A DNA stretch of 64,000 bases. Origin: Azolla caroliniana (Eukaryota; Plantae; Polypodiophyta). A program made the translations under genes and the position numbers. The stretch covers positions 14,818,001 through 14,882,000 of the forward strand of contig JBHGNT010000002.1 in assembly GCA_043228905.1 (NCBI GenBank), read 5' to 3'. Positions 1 through 12,456 of the stretch are shown in pieces. The notes beneath the pieces were generated by a model, which saw only the letters and a list, made by a program, of their open reading frames with translations, had not been told where the DNA came from and ran no database searches. How positions within the stretch are numbered: the first letter of the stretch is position 1; each line of letters opens with the position of its first letter.

Positions 1-664
1 CTCTGCCGTCGGGAGCCTGATTTTCGCAATGGTGTGTACCCGACCGGATATAGGATACGCAGTTGGAGTGGTGAGCCGATTCATGAGCAATCCCGGCAAG
101 GAGCACTGGAACGCGGTCAAGTGGATACTCCGGTATTTGAAGGGCACTTCGAATATGTGTCTCCGATTCGGCTCCGGAAAACCTCAACTGGACGGTTTCA
201 CCGATTCGGACATGTCGGCTGATGTGGATACCAGCCGATCTACATCCGGGTATGTGATGACATATGCAAGGGGAGCTGTTTCGTGGCAGTCCAGGCTGCA
301 GAAGACGGTTGCATTGTCAACCATGGAGGCGGAGTACATGGCGGTTGTGGAAGCCGGGAAGGAAATTTTATGGATGAAGGACTTCATCGGAGAGCTCGGT
401 ATACCGCAAGAGGAATACCGACTCTATTGCGACAGTCAAAGTACCATCCACCTTGCTAAAAATGCGGCCTACCATTCCCAGACGAAGCATATCCAGCGGA
501 GGTATCACTGGATCCGGGAAAGAGTAGATGACCAGGAGTTCGCACTGACGAAGATCCACACGGCCGAGAACGGGTCAGATATGCTGACCAAAGTGCTGAC
601 ACCCGACAAGCTGGATGCATGTCGGAAGAGAATCGGACTGGTAAGGCACCCCATGCCGGAGTGA
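1..664 (+). CDS. pol: Ty1/Copia Pol C-terminus (end of RT plus RNase H); runs off the left window edge
   Basis: ORF 29..664: TRPDIGYAVGVVSRFM, GFTDSDM, SRSTSGY, VALSTMEAEY, LYCDSQS, TKHIQRRYHWIRE are canonical Copia RT/RNase H motifs. Confidence 0.96.
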   Translation, partial: SAVGSLIFAMVCTRPDIGYAVGVVSRFMSNPGKEHWNAVKWILRYLKGTSNMCLRFGSGKPQLDGFTDSDMSADVDTSRSTSGYVMTYARGAVSWQSRLQKTVALSTMEAEYMAVVEAGKEILWMKDFIGELGIPQEEYRLYCDSQSTIHLAKNAAYHSQTKHIQRRYHWIRERVDDQEFALTKIHTAENGSDMLTKVLTPDKLDACRKRIGLVRHPMPE

Positions 665-672
665 AGGGGGAG
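662..672 (+). promoter_or_regulatory. Polypurine tract of the Copia element
   Basis: TGAAGGGGGAG overlapping the stop codon, 2 nt before the LTR TG. Confidence 0.9.
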
Positions 673-674
673 TT

Positions 675-1481
675 TGTTGGGAGACAGGTCCCTCCGGATG
701 GGAAGGGAGAAGAACAGTGCCGACAAACAAACTCGGCCGAGGCCGAAACGGTATGAGGAGTACCCGGCTACGGAGAGCCGGATGGTGCAGGCCTGGTGTG
801 AACCGGATGAGGAGTACCCGGCTACGGAGAGCCGGATGGTGCAGGCCCGGTATGAACCGGATGAGGAGTACCCGGCTACGGAGAACCGGATGACGCAGAC
901 CCGGTGAAGACCGGATGAGGAGTACCCGGCTACGGAGAGCCGGATGGTGCAGGCCCGGTGAGAACCGGATGAGAAGCACCCGGCTACGGAGAGCCGGATG
1001 ACGCAGACCCGGTGAGAACCGGAGGAAGAGACATATTCGTAAATACGTTTCTGAGAGCCCATTGAGGCTATATTTGTAAATAGCCGAAAAGTCATATTAG
1101 TATAAATATGACTTAGGGCAAACTTTTAGTTGTTGCTGTTATTTTCTTTTGTTGGTGCAAGAAGAAGAGTGAGCGCGTAACTGTACAGGGAGAGCGAGAG
1201 AGAGAACGAGGTCGTTGCCTCTGTTGTAACCGCTGCCTGTGGCGAAGATCGTGAGCACGAGGTCGTTGCCTACGTGAACTCACTGTTTGTACATTCTTAC
1301 ATAGTGACAGTTTGCAGCCTGTGGACTGCCGTGGTTTTTTCCCTTAGTTTGGGGTTTTCCACGTAAACCTCCTGTGTATCTTCCTCTTCTTTGTGTCGTG
1401 TTCTATTTCCCGTTTTCCGTGTATCATTCTAAGCTCGGTTGAGGCCGAGCGTTGCGCATAAGGAACGATCAGTTCCCGTCA
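675..1481 (+). repeat. Copia 3' LTR
   Basis: Starts TGTTGGGA after the PPT; TATAAAT near 1101; ends TTCCCGTCA where the Gypsy A LTR sequence resumes; similar to the reverse complement of the solo LTR at 42318..42959. Confidence 0.85.
753..1022 (+). repeat. 54-bp tandem repeat, 5 copies, in LTR U3
   Basis: ATGAGGAGTACCCGGCTACGGAGAGCCGGATG unit starts at 753, 807, 861, 915, 969. Confidence 0.95.
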
Positions 1482-1780
1482 CCTTAGACTGTGGGCTAGC
1501 GCACACACCATTACTCATGCCTATGTTCTTAAGGATTACAGACAAACGGTAGATTAACCACAGGTACGCACAAATATCACAGAAGATAGAACTCTATTAC
1601 AATACGCCTTTTACATTCAAAATTACACGCTGCCTCTATCGGAGGTTTTCTGCCCTTTATATACGCAGGGTCTTTTAGCCGTTCACGCTTCCCGCGTGAA
1701 CTGTTACATGCGTTACAATATTATTCTATTCCATATTACTACGCTCTTGTCTGTCGGTTACTATTCCGGCGGACAACACT

Positions 1781-1797
1781 TGGCATGCCTATGGGAG
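1781..1797 (+). promoter_or_regulatory. Inverted PBS-like (tRNA-Arg) motif at the PPT position of Gypsy A1
   Basis: TGGCATGCCTATGGGAG 2 nt from the LTR end at 1778; no purine tract on the element-sense strand. Confidence 0.8.
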
Positions 1798-1824
1798 AGT
1801 GTCATGCCACGTCGGACCATCCCT

Positions 1825-4800
1825 TTAATCATCCTCCAAAATGGCCCTAATGTTTGGTTCTGCTACGGTGTCTGTGTCCGGGGATGGCATAGGGCCCGTA
1901 GGCGCGTCGTTGTGTGGTTCCCCTGCTTGGTCGGGAGGGCTTCTCATGGTGTCGCGGTCATCCTGTGTGGGCGATCTGGGTTCTGTGGGCTCTTCTTGGG
2001 GTAGGGGGTTTGGTTCACTCGTCCGCGGGCTTGCGGTAGGTCGCGGCTCTGATTCGTCCGTCACTTTGTCCGTGATGTCGGCCGTCGTTATACGCTCTGG
2101 GGAGTGGGGTTGCGGTTCCTCTTGGTCCGGAACGTTCTTCGTGCGGTCGGCCGTAAGCATATGCTCCGGTGGATGGGGTTCCACTTGGGCAGTGGTTTCG
2201 CTGTCTGGTATTGTGGGGGACTCCGCTCGCCGTTCCGCGCTGTTCACCGTAGTGGTAATTTTTGGTGATATGGCCTAAGGTTCCTCTTGTTCGTCAATAT
2301 CCGGAATTGGTGTCGCGATGGATTCCTTGTTTGTTCGCGTGCTGCCGGCTTGCGTGATCTGGTGAAACAAGTCGTCCTGACTTTCGCCAAAATCGTCTAG
2401 TAGTTGCGCGAGTTCCTCGGAATGTTGGTTCGCTAGCGTGTGATAGTCCTGCTCTAGGTCCACGCATACTGCCGCAATGCTTTCGTCATTGATTTTATAG
2501 AATCCTCGGCCGTCTTTCCTCTGGTTCTCCTAGTCCACTCGATAAGTATGCAATTCCGCCGCTTGTGCAGCCCACGCCATCCATCCTTTGTCTAGCGCCG
2601 TTTTTAATTGTGTCGTAAACCTCTCCCGATTCATTTGTAGAACGATATACACATTGTCTATTATGGCTTGGCAACAGTTGCGTGCTTCTTCTACAGATTT
2701 CTTGAGGTTTGCCATTTCTTGCTGATTAACTACCGTCGCTTCCTCATACGTGCTCCTCATTCTTGCCCAAAGTTGGGATTCCTTCGCATGTAGTTCTTCT
2801 AGTTTTCCCATTTCATTGTTTAGGCGGATTTCGAGTTGATGCCTTCTCTCCCGTTCTCCCACCAGCTGCTCATCGAGCCATGCTTTCTTCTTCTCTAATA
2901 TGTTATGTTTTAGGGTTGCCAGCTCATCCTTTATGGCGGTGAAGTCCTCCGATGTGAGCATGTAACAGTCGTCACCTTCCTTTCACCAGTTTTCCGCGTC
3001 CGCCCTGAGCAACTAGAGTTTAGCCGTATTCTGCGCCCGTTTTGTCCACCATCGCATGGAGTTCTCGTCAATCAAGCGTTTGGTCTTGTTTAGCCCTGCC
3101 TAGAGGATGCACTGGATCCGTTCGGTTCCCATCTGTGATTTGTTCTCTGCGGCTTGTCGCTCCTCTTTCAATTGCTTGATGATTCTGACCGTGTCCGCCT
3201 CCTGCTCCCTATAATGCGACAATTGACTTTGATAGGTTGTTTGCAACTTCTGTAACACCATTGTTGCCCTCTCCTTTTCTTCATGGTGCTACTTGTGGAG
3301 CTCCATCCGGTCCCTCGCCGCTTCCTCCAATAGCTTTGTATTCTCAGCCCGTTCGTCGGCGAGTGCCGTCGTGGCCCGTTCAACTTCCTGCCGGAGCTCG
3401 GCCATCCTTTCCTGCTGTTGCTTATGCTCCGTGTCCAATATCTTAAAGTTCCGGTGCAGGTGGCCTCCTTCTGAAAGAAGTGCAAGAATTTAGCTTTCAG
3501 GTCTGCAAAGGTGGTGATGGTGCTGGGGTCCTGCGTCCGGTCCCATCGTGGTCGCCAAAAGGTGTGTTATGTTTTAGGGTTAGGGTAAATGATAATGATA
3601 ATGATGATGATTGATTATTGATGATGAAGATAGAATTGGTGTAATAGTGAAAATGATGGAGAGTATAATGGTGAGAGAGATCATGAAGAACAAGACAAGC
3701 ATTGCGGGGTGGGGGGTGGTGCCTAGAATGGCTCCACCACCCTCCCAAGGGGTTCAACGTTAAGGGGGAGAGAGAGAAAGAGAGATGACAAGAGAGAGAG
3801 AGAGATTGAGAGAGAAAATGATAATTCCTGTTTCATTCATTCCCCATAAGGGGGTTAAATAGTACAAGAGCGGGTAGATACATAGGGGTGTAAGCCCCCT
3901 CGAGCATTCACACTGGACACTCACTCACACCTCCTCATATCCATCCACATGCACACACGTGTGCATGTGTTCACATACGTATAGACTCACAATTACATTT
4001 ATGCCCCCTACACATACCAACAACATCATGATAACATTCGACCTTCGCTCATCACACTTGACTCTCCGTACATCTCGTACGGGGTAACATAATAAGGCCT
4101 GGAGTCCCGCGATTGCCGCTTCCGATTTTTTTGTTTCCTCCCATAATTGGGCGTTTTCTTCTTTCGTCCGGGTGTGTTGTGCTGTCTCCGTTGCGAGTTT
4201 GTCTTCAAGGGTCTTCACTGCCTTTCGGCCGTTGGCCCAGATGTCCTTTTCTCTATCCGAGGACTGGCGAAGTTCAACGCGGAGGCGGTCAATCTCTGAT
4301 TCCGCTAGTTGTACGACCCATTTTGCTTTTGAGGCAATGGCGGTCTGAGCCTCAATCTCTTCCCTCAGGGCTTCGACGGCGTTGGTTGTTGGTGCAGCTC
4401 CCTGTTGTGCCATAGTCGCGTTATTTTCCAACTCCGTGATGCGCTCATTGGCTTTTTGTAGCTCGGCTTGGGTCAGTTTAACCTTTTTAGAGACATTTTT
4501 ATTTTTAATCGCCATATCCTTGGCGCCCATACTGACCTTTGCTAGTTCCCTATGAACTTCAACAAGGGCCGCATTTAATGGGGGTAGTTCCATCCCCATT
4601 CGGCGTATACCGGCGTTCCTCTGTCTGCTGACTCTAGCTAATTGATCCTCATCATCGCTTTCCACCGTTTGTGTTAAAGCATGCTCGATCATTTGGCGCT
4701 CCCCGTGCTCCTCAACCATTCATTGTGAGACTTTTATCTTTGCGTTGCCAAGAATTCCATGAGTTCAAAAGAGGTTCCGAACTGTAATGGGCCGTGTCCG

Positions 4801-5921
4801 GAATGTCCGGATACGCCACAACCTTGCTTTCCGCCGTTAATATGGCTTTCCCTTGCTGTGACTGGGCCGTAATGATTGGCCATGGTTCCCGGATTACTTC
4901 GAAGGTGGTGTTGGGCTCCATAGTTGCGGAGCTGTCGCCCATGGTCGTTGTCTCCGTAGTCGCGAGTGCGTCTTTAACTAGCCCTCACCCATACTTCCTG
5001 TCCAACCTCCGCCTTTTCGGCCTCGGGCTTTTCTATTGTGGTTCGGCTTCTGGCTCCAGTGCCGCTTCCTCGGAGCACGCCGCCTGCTCTTCCTGCGTTT
5101 GGCTGGGCGGGTTGGGGTTCATCCTCCCAGTTTGTGGTGGCCAACTCTGCTAACCTTCGCTTCGCGGATCGAGGCGGCGGCGTGGGCTTGCTGGGCTGCG
5201 GTTCCGGCAGCCCTCGGGGTGGGAATAGTACCATCAGGTACTGTTGTATGATAAGCCTGAGCTTTTTGCCCCCTTGATACGCATGCAGGCCTTCCCTTAA
5301 CGTCGGCACCGTGATGACCCCCCAATCGACCATACGCCCTTCAAAGGTATCAATGATGATACCTGCCTTCTGCTTGGGCATCCCAAATGCGTTTACATGT
5401 ACGCATTCAACCTCTAATAGGAACTTGGTGATTTCACGAAAAAATGGATCCAGGATCTCCTTCGTTCTATATGCCTTGGCAGATGACGAATATGGACCGA
5501 AATATCTCTACAAGGACTCCGCAGGAGGGATTTCGAAATGTCTTTCACCTAGTGATGACGGGTCCAACTTTTTCTGGATGGATGAGTTGGTGACCGTGTC
5601 GATGTTGAGCTTTCTGGCGATGTCCAGTGCATCAGGGTGTGGAGGTGCCTCCGCGACCTTGATGTACCCATCCAAGCATTTCTCCACGAGCCATCGACGC
5701 AAGGCGGTAGAGATGAATATCGCCATAATCGGAATAGGCTCATGGCTAGGGGGTGAAGACTGTTGGTTGCGGTGGGCTTCAGCTCTGTGATCGGATGGAG
5801 AAGAAGGTGAGGAAGGGGAGCGATGAGAGCGCTGAGAGTTAGAAGGTTGCTTTTTGTATTGTCTAGAAAGCCTTCTATTTCCTTCTTTTTGTGGTCTAGG
5901 GTTCAGTGGTCGGTGAGCCAT
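1825..5921 (-). pseudogene. Extra 3' ORF of Gypsy A1 (globular N-terminal domain, P/T/E linker, long coiled coil, acidic tail); interrupted by the insertion at 2901..4089
   Basis: ORF pieces 5508..5921, 4974..5381, 4712..4942, 3925..4719, 2530..2961, 2275..2463, 1825..2247 are colinear with the copy at 37910..40500. Confidence 0.85.
2901..4089 (-). mobile_element. Heavily deleted Gypsy derivative (family C): full LTR 3565..4089, PBS, extra-ORF fragment, 17-bp LTR stub
   Basis: TGTTATGTTTTAGGGTT at 2901 and 3565; TSD TAATA at 2896..2900 and 4090..4094; minus-strand PBS TGGCGACCACGATGGGAC at 3540..3557. Confidence 0.88.
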
Positions 5922-6056
5922 TGTGGTGCTGCATGTTCTTGGTCTAGAAGTTCGTGCATGCCTTAAGTCCTTAAGTCTCTTTCTTTTTTCTTTCTTTTTT
6001 CGTAACGGTTACATACAGTACTATTTTTACACTATAATACAAGTGGGGCCGTCTAC

Positions 6057-9000
6057 TTACTCCGTGGATTCTCCGGCTTTGTCTTGTCCAGCGGGGAACG
6101 GGTTAGGTGGCATAGGTCCTAGATAAGGTTTAAGGCAAAACCCATTCACTTTTTGTCGTAACACTTCCCCGGCCAGCATGCCTTGTTCTGCTCCTACTAT
6201 CCAGTACGGGCCTGTTCAGGGGAATCATAATTTTCCTGGCATATGCCCCATGCGGGTTTGGAAAACTAATACTGCTCTTCCAACCGTAAAATCCTTTTCA
6301 CGCACATGCCGGTGTCGATCCATGAATGCTTTGCGCTGCCGCTATTCCTGCTCTAATATGGCCATACTACGTACTCTTGTTTCTCCTAGCTCTAGTAGTC
6401 TCTGTAGCCATATTTGTGCGTATTTTCCCTTTGGTAGCCGGGTTCGTATTTGGATCCGTAGATTGGGTACCTGGAATTCAACTAGCATCACGGCCTCCAG
6501 ACGAAATGCCAGCCTGAATGGTGTTGATTGTATGCTGCTCTTATAGCTGGTACGGTATGCCCATAACGCGCTATGCAACTTGGTGTCCCAATCCGTCTTG
6601 TTCTCATTGACTATCTTTTTGAGAATAGTCTGGAGGGTTTTGTTCGTGGATTCCGCCAAGCCATTTGCCTACGGGTAATACGACATACTTTTCTTGTGCA
6701 CCACCGCGTAATGTTGGGTCAGTTCGCTGATGACTGTATTCAAAAAGTGACTCCCTTGGTCACTAATGAGCTCGATAGGGCAGCCGAAACTACACCAGAT
6801 GTGTTCGTACAGGAATTTTGCCGTGACTGTCGTAGTATTCTCGCGTAGTGGTTTCGCTTCTACCCACTTCGTGCAGTAATCTGTAGCCACCATGATGTAC
6901 TTATTGCCTATTCGAGCGGTCGCCGAGGTAAAAGGTCCCACGAAATCTAACCCCCACTTTTGGAAAGGATCTAGTGGCAGCACTGGTTGATGTGGCATTC
7001 TTGCGACTTCTGTGGGTTGGCCTAGTCGTTGACATAGATCGCACTGCCTGCAATATTCATACGCGTCCTTTTGCGTCGTCGGCCACCACAGTCCTGCTTG
7101 CCAAATTTTCCGGGCCGTAACATCGCCCGCATAATGTCCTCCCGCTGTACCACAATGGGCTTCATGTAGAATTGCGGCCTTCTCATCCTACCATATTCCG
7201 CGCCTCCAGATGCCGTCACTTCCCTTGTGGTATAGTATATTTTCCACTAAACAGATATTCCGACTCCGGATGGCCAACCATTTTTTCTCATCCGTCCATA
7301 ATTGGGGTGGCGGTAACCCCGTGGTCAGGAAGTAGGTCATTTCCATGAGCCACCGGTCCGGGAAGGTCTTTTCCGTTCATTCTGCTAGTGCTACTACCCG
7401 CAGAATGTCTACATCCGGAAAGTCATCTTCATCCTTCTGCGCCGTTTCTCCATTGCGTGTTGCGTACCCGAGCGGTGCTGAATTACAAAGTCAAATTCTT
7501 GAAGCAACAACATCCATCGTGCCAATTTCCCCATCAGCGCTTGCTTCTCCACCAGATACAACAGTGCCGAATGATCCACGTGAAACGTGAATTTCTGCCC
7601 TAGCAGATAATGTCGGAACTTATTGATACTCTAGACCATCCCCAACACCTCACATTCCATTGTGGAATAGTTACGCTCTGCCGTTGATAATTTCCGACTA
7701 GCATAGTACACCGGCGGGTACCAATTCGGCTCCGTAAGTTGCATTAGTGCACTTCCTATTGCTATGTCTGAGGCATCTACGAACACGTGGAATGGCTTCA
7801 CCGAAACTGGTGGTTGTACGATGGGTGCCTGCGATAGCATTACCTTTAGCACATCATATGCCTTTTCTTCCGTCGATGTCCATTGGAAGGGAGTCCGGTG
7901 CACGACGGCATGTAATGGTGTGGCGAAGTCCGCCAAATAGCGTATCATCTGACTGTGCCATCGTATTTGTCCTAAAAAACGGTTGAGTGATTTCGCGTTT
8001 GTCAGCATTTTGGCTTGAGTAATCGCGGAGATTTTATTCAGATCGATCGCTATCCCTTCCTTGCTGACTATATGGCCTAGGAGAGCCCCGTTGGTAACGC
8101 CGAAGGCACATTTGGCGGGATTCAGGCTTAAGCATGCGGTGCGGCAACGTTCCAGGCACAGTTGCAGATGCGTAAAATGGTCGGTTGTTCTCCCATATAC
8201 CGCAAAATCGTCTAAAAAAACTTGCATGAAGGCCGGAATATATTCCCCAAAAATCTCCGTGATTGTCCGTTGAAATGTCGCTCGCGCCATCTTGAGCCCG
8301 AACATCATGACGACTGCCACATAGACTCCCCAGTCCGTGACAAATGTCGTCTTCTCTTGGTTATCGGGGTGCATGCATACTTAGTTGTACCCACTGAAGC
8401 CATCTAAAAAACTGTACATGTCATGCCCTGCGACGGCGTCCAATACGCTATCGGTGAATGGTAAAGGGAATGCATCCGTAATGGTTACGACGTTTAATTT
8501 TCGGTAGTCCGTGCATACCTGTATTTTGCCATTTTTCTTTGGTACGACTATGATCGGGCTTAACCATGTAGCTTGTTTAACTGGTCGTATGAATCCCGCC
8601 TTCAGGAGTTTGTCAATTTCTTCTTTTACGCGGGCCACGTAGTTTGGGTTCATGCGGTATCGACACTGCTGGACCGGTTTCGCGTCGGTTGCTAAATTAA
8701 TCTTCTGTTGATAGAACTTCGGATCTAACCCTTTCATGTCCTCGTGGGCCCAGGTGAACACATCTTTATACTTCTTGAGTAGTACTATCATCGCGTCTCT
8801 CTAGTCCGGCCTTAATTCTTTTGCGATGGAGAGGAAACGGGGTTTTGACGGCGTACCCACGTTTACTTCTTCTAGGACTGAGGCAGTGACTCGCCGTGAA
8901 ATTTCCATTTCCCTCTCGAACGCTGCCCGTGCTCTGCTTAGTTCTAATATTGACTCCGGGTTTGGTTCGTAAGCCTCGTCGTGGTGTAGTGGCCATGGCA

Positions 9001-11380
9001 TATTCCGCCGCGGTTTTGATGACGTCGATTTCGAACAACGGAATAATCCGAGGGTGCTCGTCTAGGTATGCCTCTAATTTTGTATCATCCACCCCAGCCA
9101 ACATATTTATATCCTCTGCATACAATGGTGTTATGCCCTTGAGTTGTGTTGCCATTTCCCCTGTTGGTACACGGACTTTGGTGTGTCTGCGTCAAAAGCT
9201 GATACACTTGTGTTGCCATCTGTGCTTGATATTCGCTGAATGAAGCCACGGTCTGCCCAGCAGCATAGGGTACACCCCTGGGGCGTCAAGGGCGATGACT
9301 ACCACCAAGATGTCGAAGCAATGTCCTCCCACGATAATGCCTACCTTGCGTATCAACCCCAATGGTCATACTGAGTGGGTATCTGCCATGCGGAGCCAGA
9401 ATGGACAAGCTCCCCATTCTGAAATTCCCAATTGTTCGCATGTCTTCGCGCTAATTACATTAATGCCTGAGCCGCCATTGATTACGCATCCTGGGATTTC
9501 CTAACTGTGTAATATCAACTTAATAGCCGAGTTGTGGTGATCCACTACTGTCGGTCCGTTGCTAATGTCCGTAAAATTCGTGGCGACGCTTACCCCAGGT
9601 CTGCCCGTCACCTGCTCTTCCACGGCCTGGTGGAATCGTGGGACTAGTTGCAGCAGCTTCTCCATGGTTAACATTATCTCACAGCTTGTCAATGCTTGCC
9701 ATATGGGTTCCGGGGATGGTCCCTCGTCCTCCAATAGCTCCACTGTGTCTGCGGATTCCTTCCACATGCGCTCCGTATTTGTCGCGTTTGCTTTTTCAAC
9801 CCATGCCTGGGTTGTTCGCCGTATCTCATCTTGCGCGGCCTAATCAGCCATTTTTGTTTGCTGACGGGTCGTGACTTGCTGTACTTCTGCCATAATCGTA
9901 TTGACGGTGGGGGCCCCTTGCCCTTGTGTATTGGGCATTGTGTGGCATAATGTCCGGGCTGTTGACAAACAAAACAATGGATGCTAGATTCGCCATTCTC
10001 GGCCTTTGGTGGCGTGTGCCAATCCCTAGGTGTGACTTGCTCCTCCCGGTCCTGATTCGTTCGTCGGAGCGTACACGGTGGTTGTTGTTGGTCCCGACGG
10101 GGTTCCTGGTGCCGGTCATCGTCCAAACTTTCGTCATACTGCCGTTGCTCCCGATATTGCTTATGCTTTCCACGAGGTCCATTGAAGCTGCCACGTTTGT
10201 TTGTCGGACGGTAATTCTCATAGCGTTGGCCCCCTTTAGTATTTCTAGGGTGGCCCTGGTAGTCTTCGTCCTCCTGCTCGTCTTCCTCGGAATCATTGTG
10301 ATTCTAGCGATTCCGATAGTGGCGGTCATCGCGTGGATTGCGATCCATATACCATGGTCGGTCTTCCTGCCGCCTTTGTTCATTACGGCGTGGGGGACGA
10401 TGTGTGTTCATGTTGCGTACTGTGGGCGTGGCTCTGTTCAACATATTGTACTCGCACTGCTCAACTGTTTGAGCTTTCAAGTGACAGATTGGATAGTGGA
10501 TTCGCATGTTCCATTCAAATGCGGAATGCCCCGAATTCAAGCAAATCGTGCATTGGATCGCTTGACAAAAATGTTGTTCCTCGTCTTGAGGTAATGGTTG
10601 TCGTAATGAGGACATGGAAAACCTTTCCTCTTCTTCGTCCAGCTCGAGCTGTAGCGCTCTTTCTATGACCATATCGGTCGTTTCCCCTTTCACGCTATTG
10701 TTGTTGAGCATTGTTCGTATGGGCCAGTGTAATGCTACCAAAAATGTCTCCCTAGCCTCGTCCTCCGTCGGGCCCCATTCTAATTTTCGTCGTAGATTTT
10801 GGACACGTAAGCTAAAATCCGTGATCGTCTCGGTCGGCAACTACTTAATTGTGTAGAACTGCCCGAGGATTTCGCGTTGCGGCACCCTCCGATGAAAGAA
10901 CCGCAGAAAGGCTGACTATAGTTGGTCGAGGGTCGTGATTGTTGGCAGATCCATCTGCGAATGCCAAAACACCGCTCTCCCATCCAAGGTTAATCCGAAC
11001 TTCGTCATTTTGGACTGGTGCGCTACTGCCTCGGAAAGGCTCTGCGCCATGTGGTTTGCATTCCAGACATTGACGAACAGGCGGATGTGGGTTGCGGCGT
11101 CGGTTTCGCCGTTGAAGCGGGGATAGGCAAAGGCCATGTTGGGTGCTACGGCGGGCAGGGAAAGACCACAGTTCTTCTGTGGTGAGCTCGCTTCCCGCGT
11201 ATCGCCGAGGTATTTGGAGAGTGAGATATCATCTTTGTGGCCTCGATAGGTAGTACTGAGGTCACTGAAGCGAGGGTTTTGCCGTGCGCGTTCCTCTGCC
11301 TGGTGTGTGATGGACCTTTGTGATTGGCCGATCTTGTCGTGTTGGTTCTCTGGGGTGTCTGTGGCTAAACATCCATTCAT
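6057..11380 (-). pseudogene. gag-pol of Gypsy A1 (stops and frameshifts)
   Basis: Gag YPRFNGETDA and zinc knuckles; protease (N/D)GGSGINV; RT FLDGFSGYN, FLDDFAV; RH VFVDASD, RNYST; IN FQKWGLDFVGP, SDQGSHF, ALWAYRT. Confidence 0.93.
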
Positions 11381-11408
11381 CGTTGTTCATCTGTGAGAAG
11401 ACACAGAT

Positions 11409-11422
11409 CACCAAGCGTGCCA
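11409..11422 (-). promoter_or_regulatory. 5' PBS of Gypsy A1 (tRNA-Arg type)
   Basis: Minus strand TGGCACGCTTGGTG, 4 nt after the 5' LTR. Confidence 0.85.
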
Positions 11423-12456
11423 AAAGTGTTACCGATTAGGAACACGGTCTGTGGTTAGTCCTTCGACCTAGACCTCCAAGTGACTATGTGACAACGAATG
11501 GTAGCGTCTGTGCGTAATACTTAGTGGGATACTTCCCGTAACCTAGCAGCGTATAAGGGAGACAACTACAACCGAGCTCCTTAGACAATGGGCTAGCGCA
11601 CACACTGTTACTCACGCCTACACTCTTAACGATTACAGACACACGGTAGATTAACCATAGGTATGCACAAATATCAGAGAAGATAGAACTCTATTACGAT
11701 ACACCTTTTACATTCAAAATTACACGATGCCTCTGAAAAGACCGTTAACGCTTCCTGCGTGAACCGTTACATGTGTTACAATATTATTCTATTCCATATT
11801 ACCGCGCTCATGCCCGTCGGTTACTATTCCGGTGGAAAACACTAGGGCCTCCGACCTCAAGTTCACGTGTCTTTGTCGTATTTTCTCGACATCTTTGGTG
11901 AACCCAACGTGAAATGAGACGACAGGAGGATATATCATGGAGGCATATTGATACAAAGAGCCGAAGAGATGCAACCTATACGAGTTCGAGAGTCTCTTTG
12001 CTCAACTCTTGGAGCGGGATCGAAGATTGTGGGGGTGAATAAAGTCCTAATGTTCGTAAAATCGATAAATCTGAAGGAAAGAAAGGCCATTCGAATCCGA
12101 CTTGAGGATGACGATTGTGCACATGGCCTCACCGAAAATTGGGGGTATGTTGAAAGAGTATGTCGGCAACATGACAAGAGAAAGATGGGAATCTTGTTGA
12201 CGATATCATGTTCTACGAGGGACGATGAAAGGAGGATGAGATGTGGCAACATGCCACCACCAAAGGAAGAGAGCTCAAAGAGAGAATATTCGAAGACACT
12301 CAACATAGAAGCTTTGATGAGAGAAGAATTCGAGAACTTAAAAACACAAGTCAATGCAGAAGAGGAGCTTATAATGGAGCCAAAACTGAGCTTATAATGA
12401 TCAAGGAAGAAGAGACCTCCTAACAAATGCGGAGTAATGATACGACCAATACGAAG

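Larger units (their letters stand above)
1482..11841 (-). mobile_element. Ty3/Gypsy non-chromovirus element, family A copy 1 (degenerate; gag-pol plus extra 3' ORF)
   Basis: 5' LTR 11427..11841 (TGTTACC...AAAACA); 3' LTR remnant 1482..1778, cut by the Copia insertion; gag, PR, RT, RH, IN fragments in Gypsy order on the minus strand. Confidence 0.93.

Noticed and set aside
753-1022. CRISPR-like array, or repeat-protein ORFs (505..1095, 575..979)
   Set aside because: Head-to-tail repeats with no unique spacers, inside an LTR; the ORFs arise because the 54-bp period is a multiple of 3
2530-2961. 143-aa ORF as a distinct gene
   Set aside because: Chimeric read-through across the insertion junction at 2901
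3571-3586. Telomeric repeat TTTAGGGTTAGGG
   Set aside because: Only two units, at an LTR terminus
9926-10594. Hydrophobic plus-strand ORF as an env or membrane protein
   Set aside because: Antisense shadow of the R/D/N-rich gag linker; the same applies to 38189..39148 and 22620..22856
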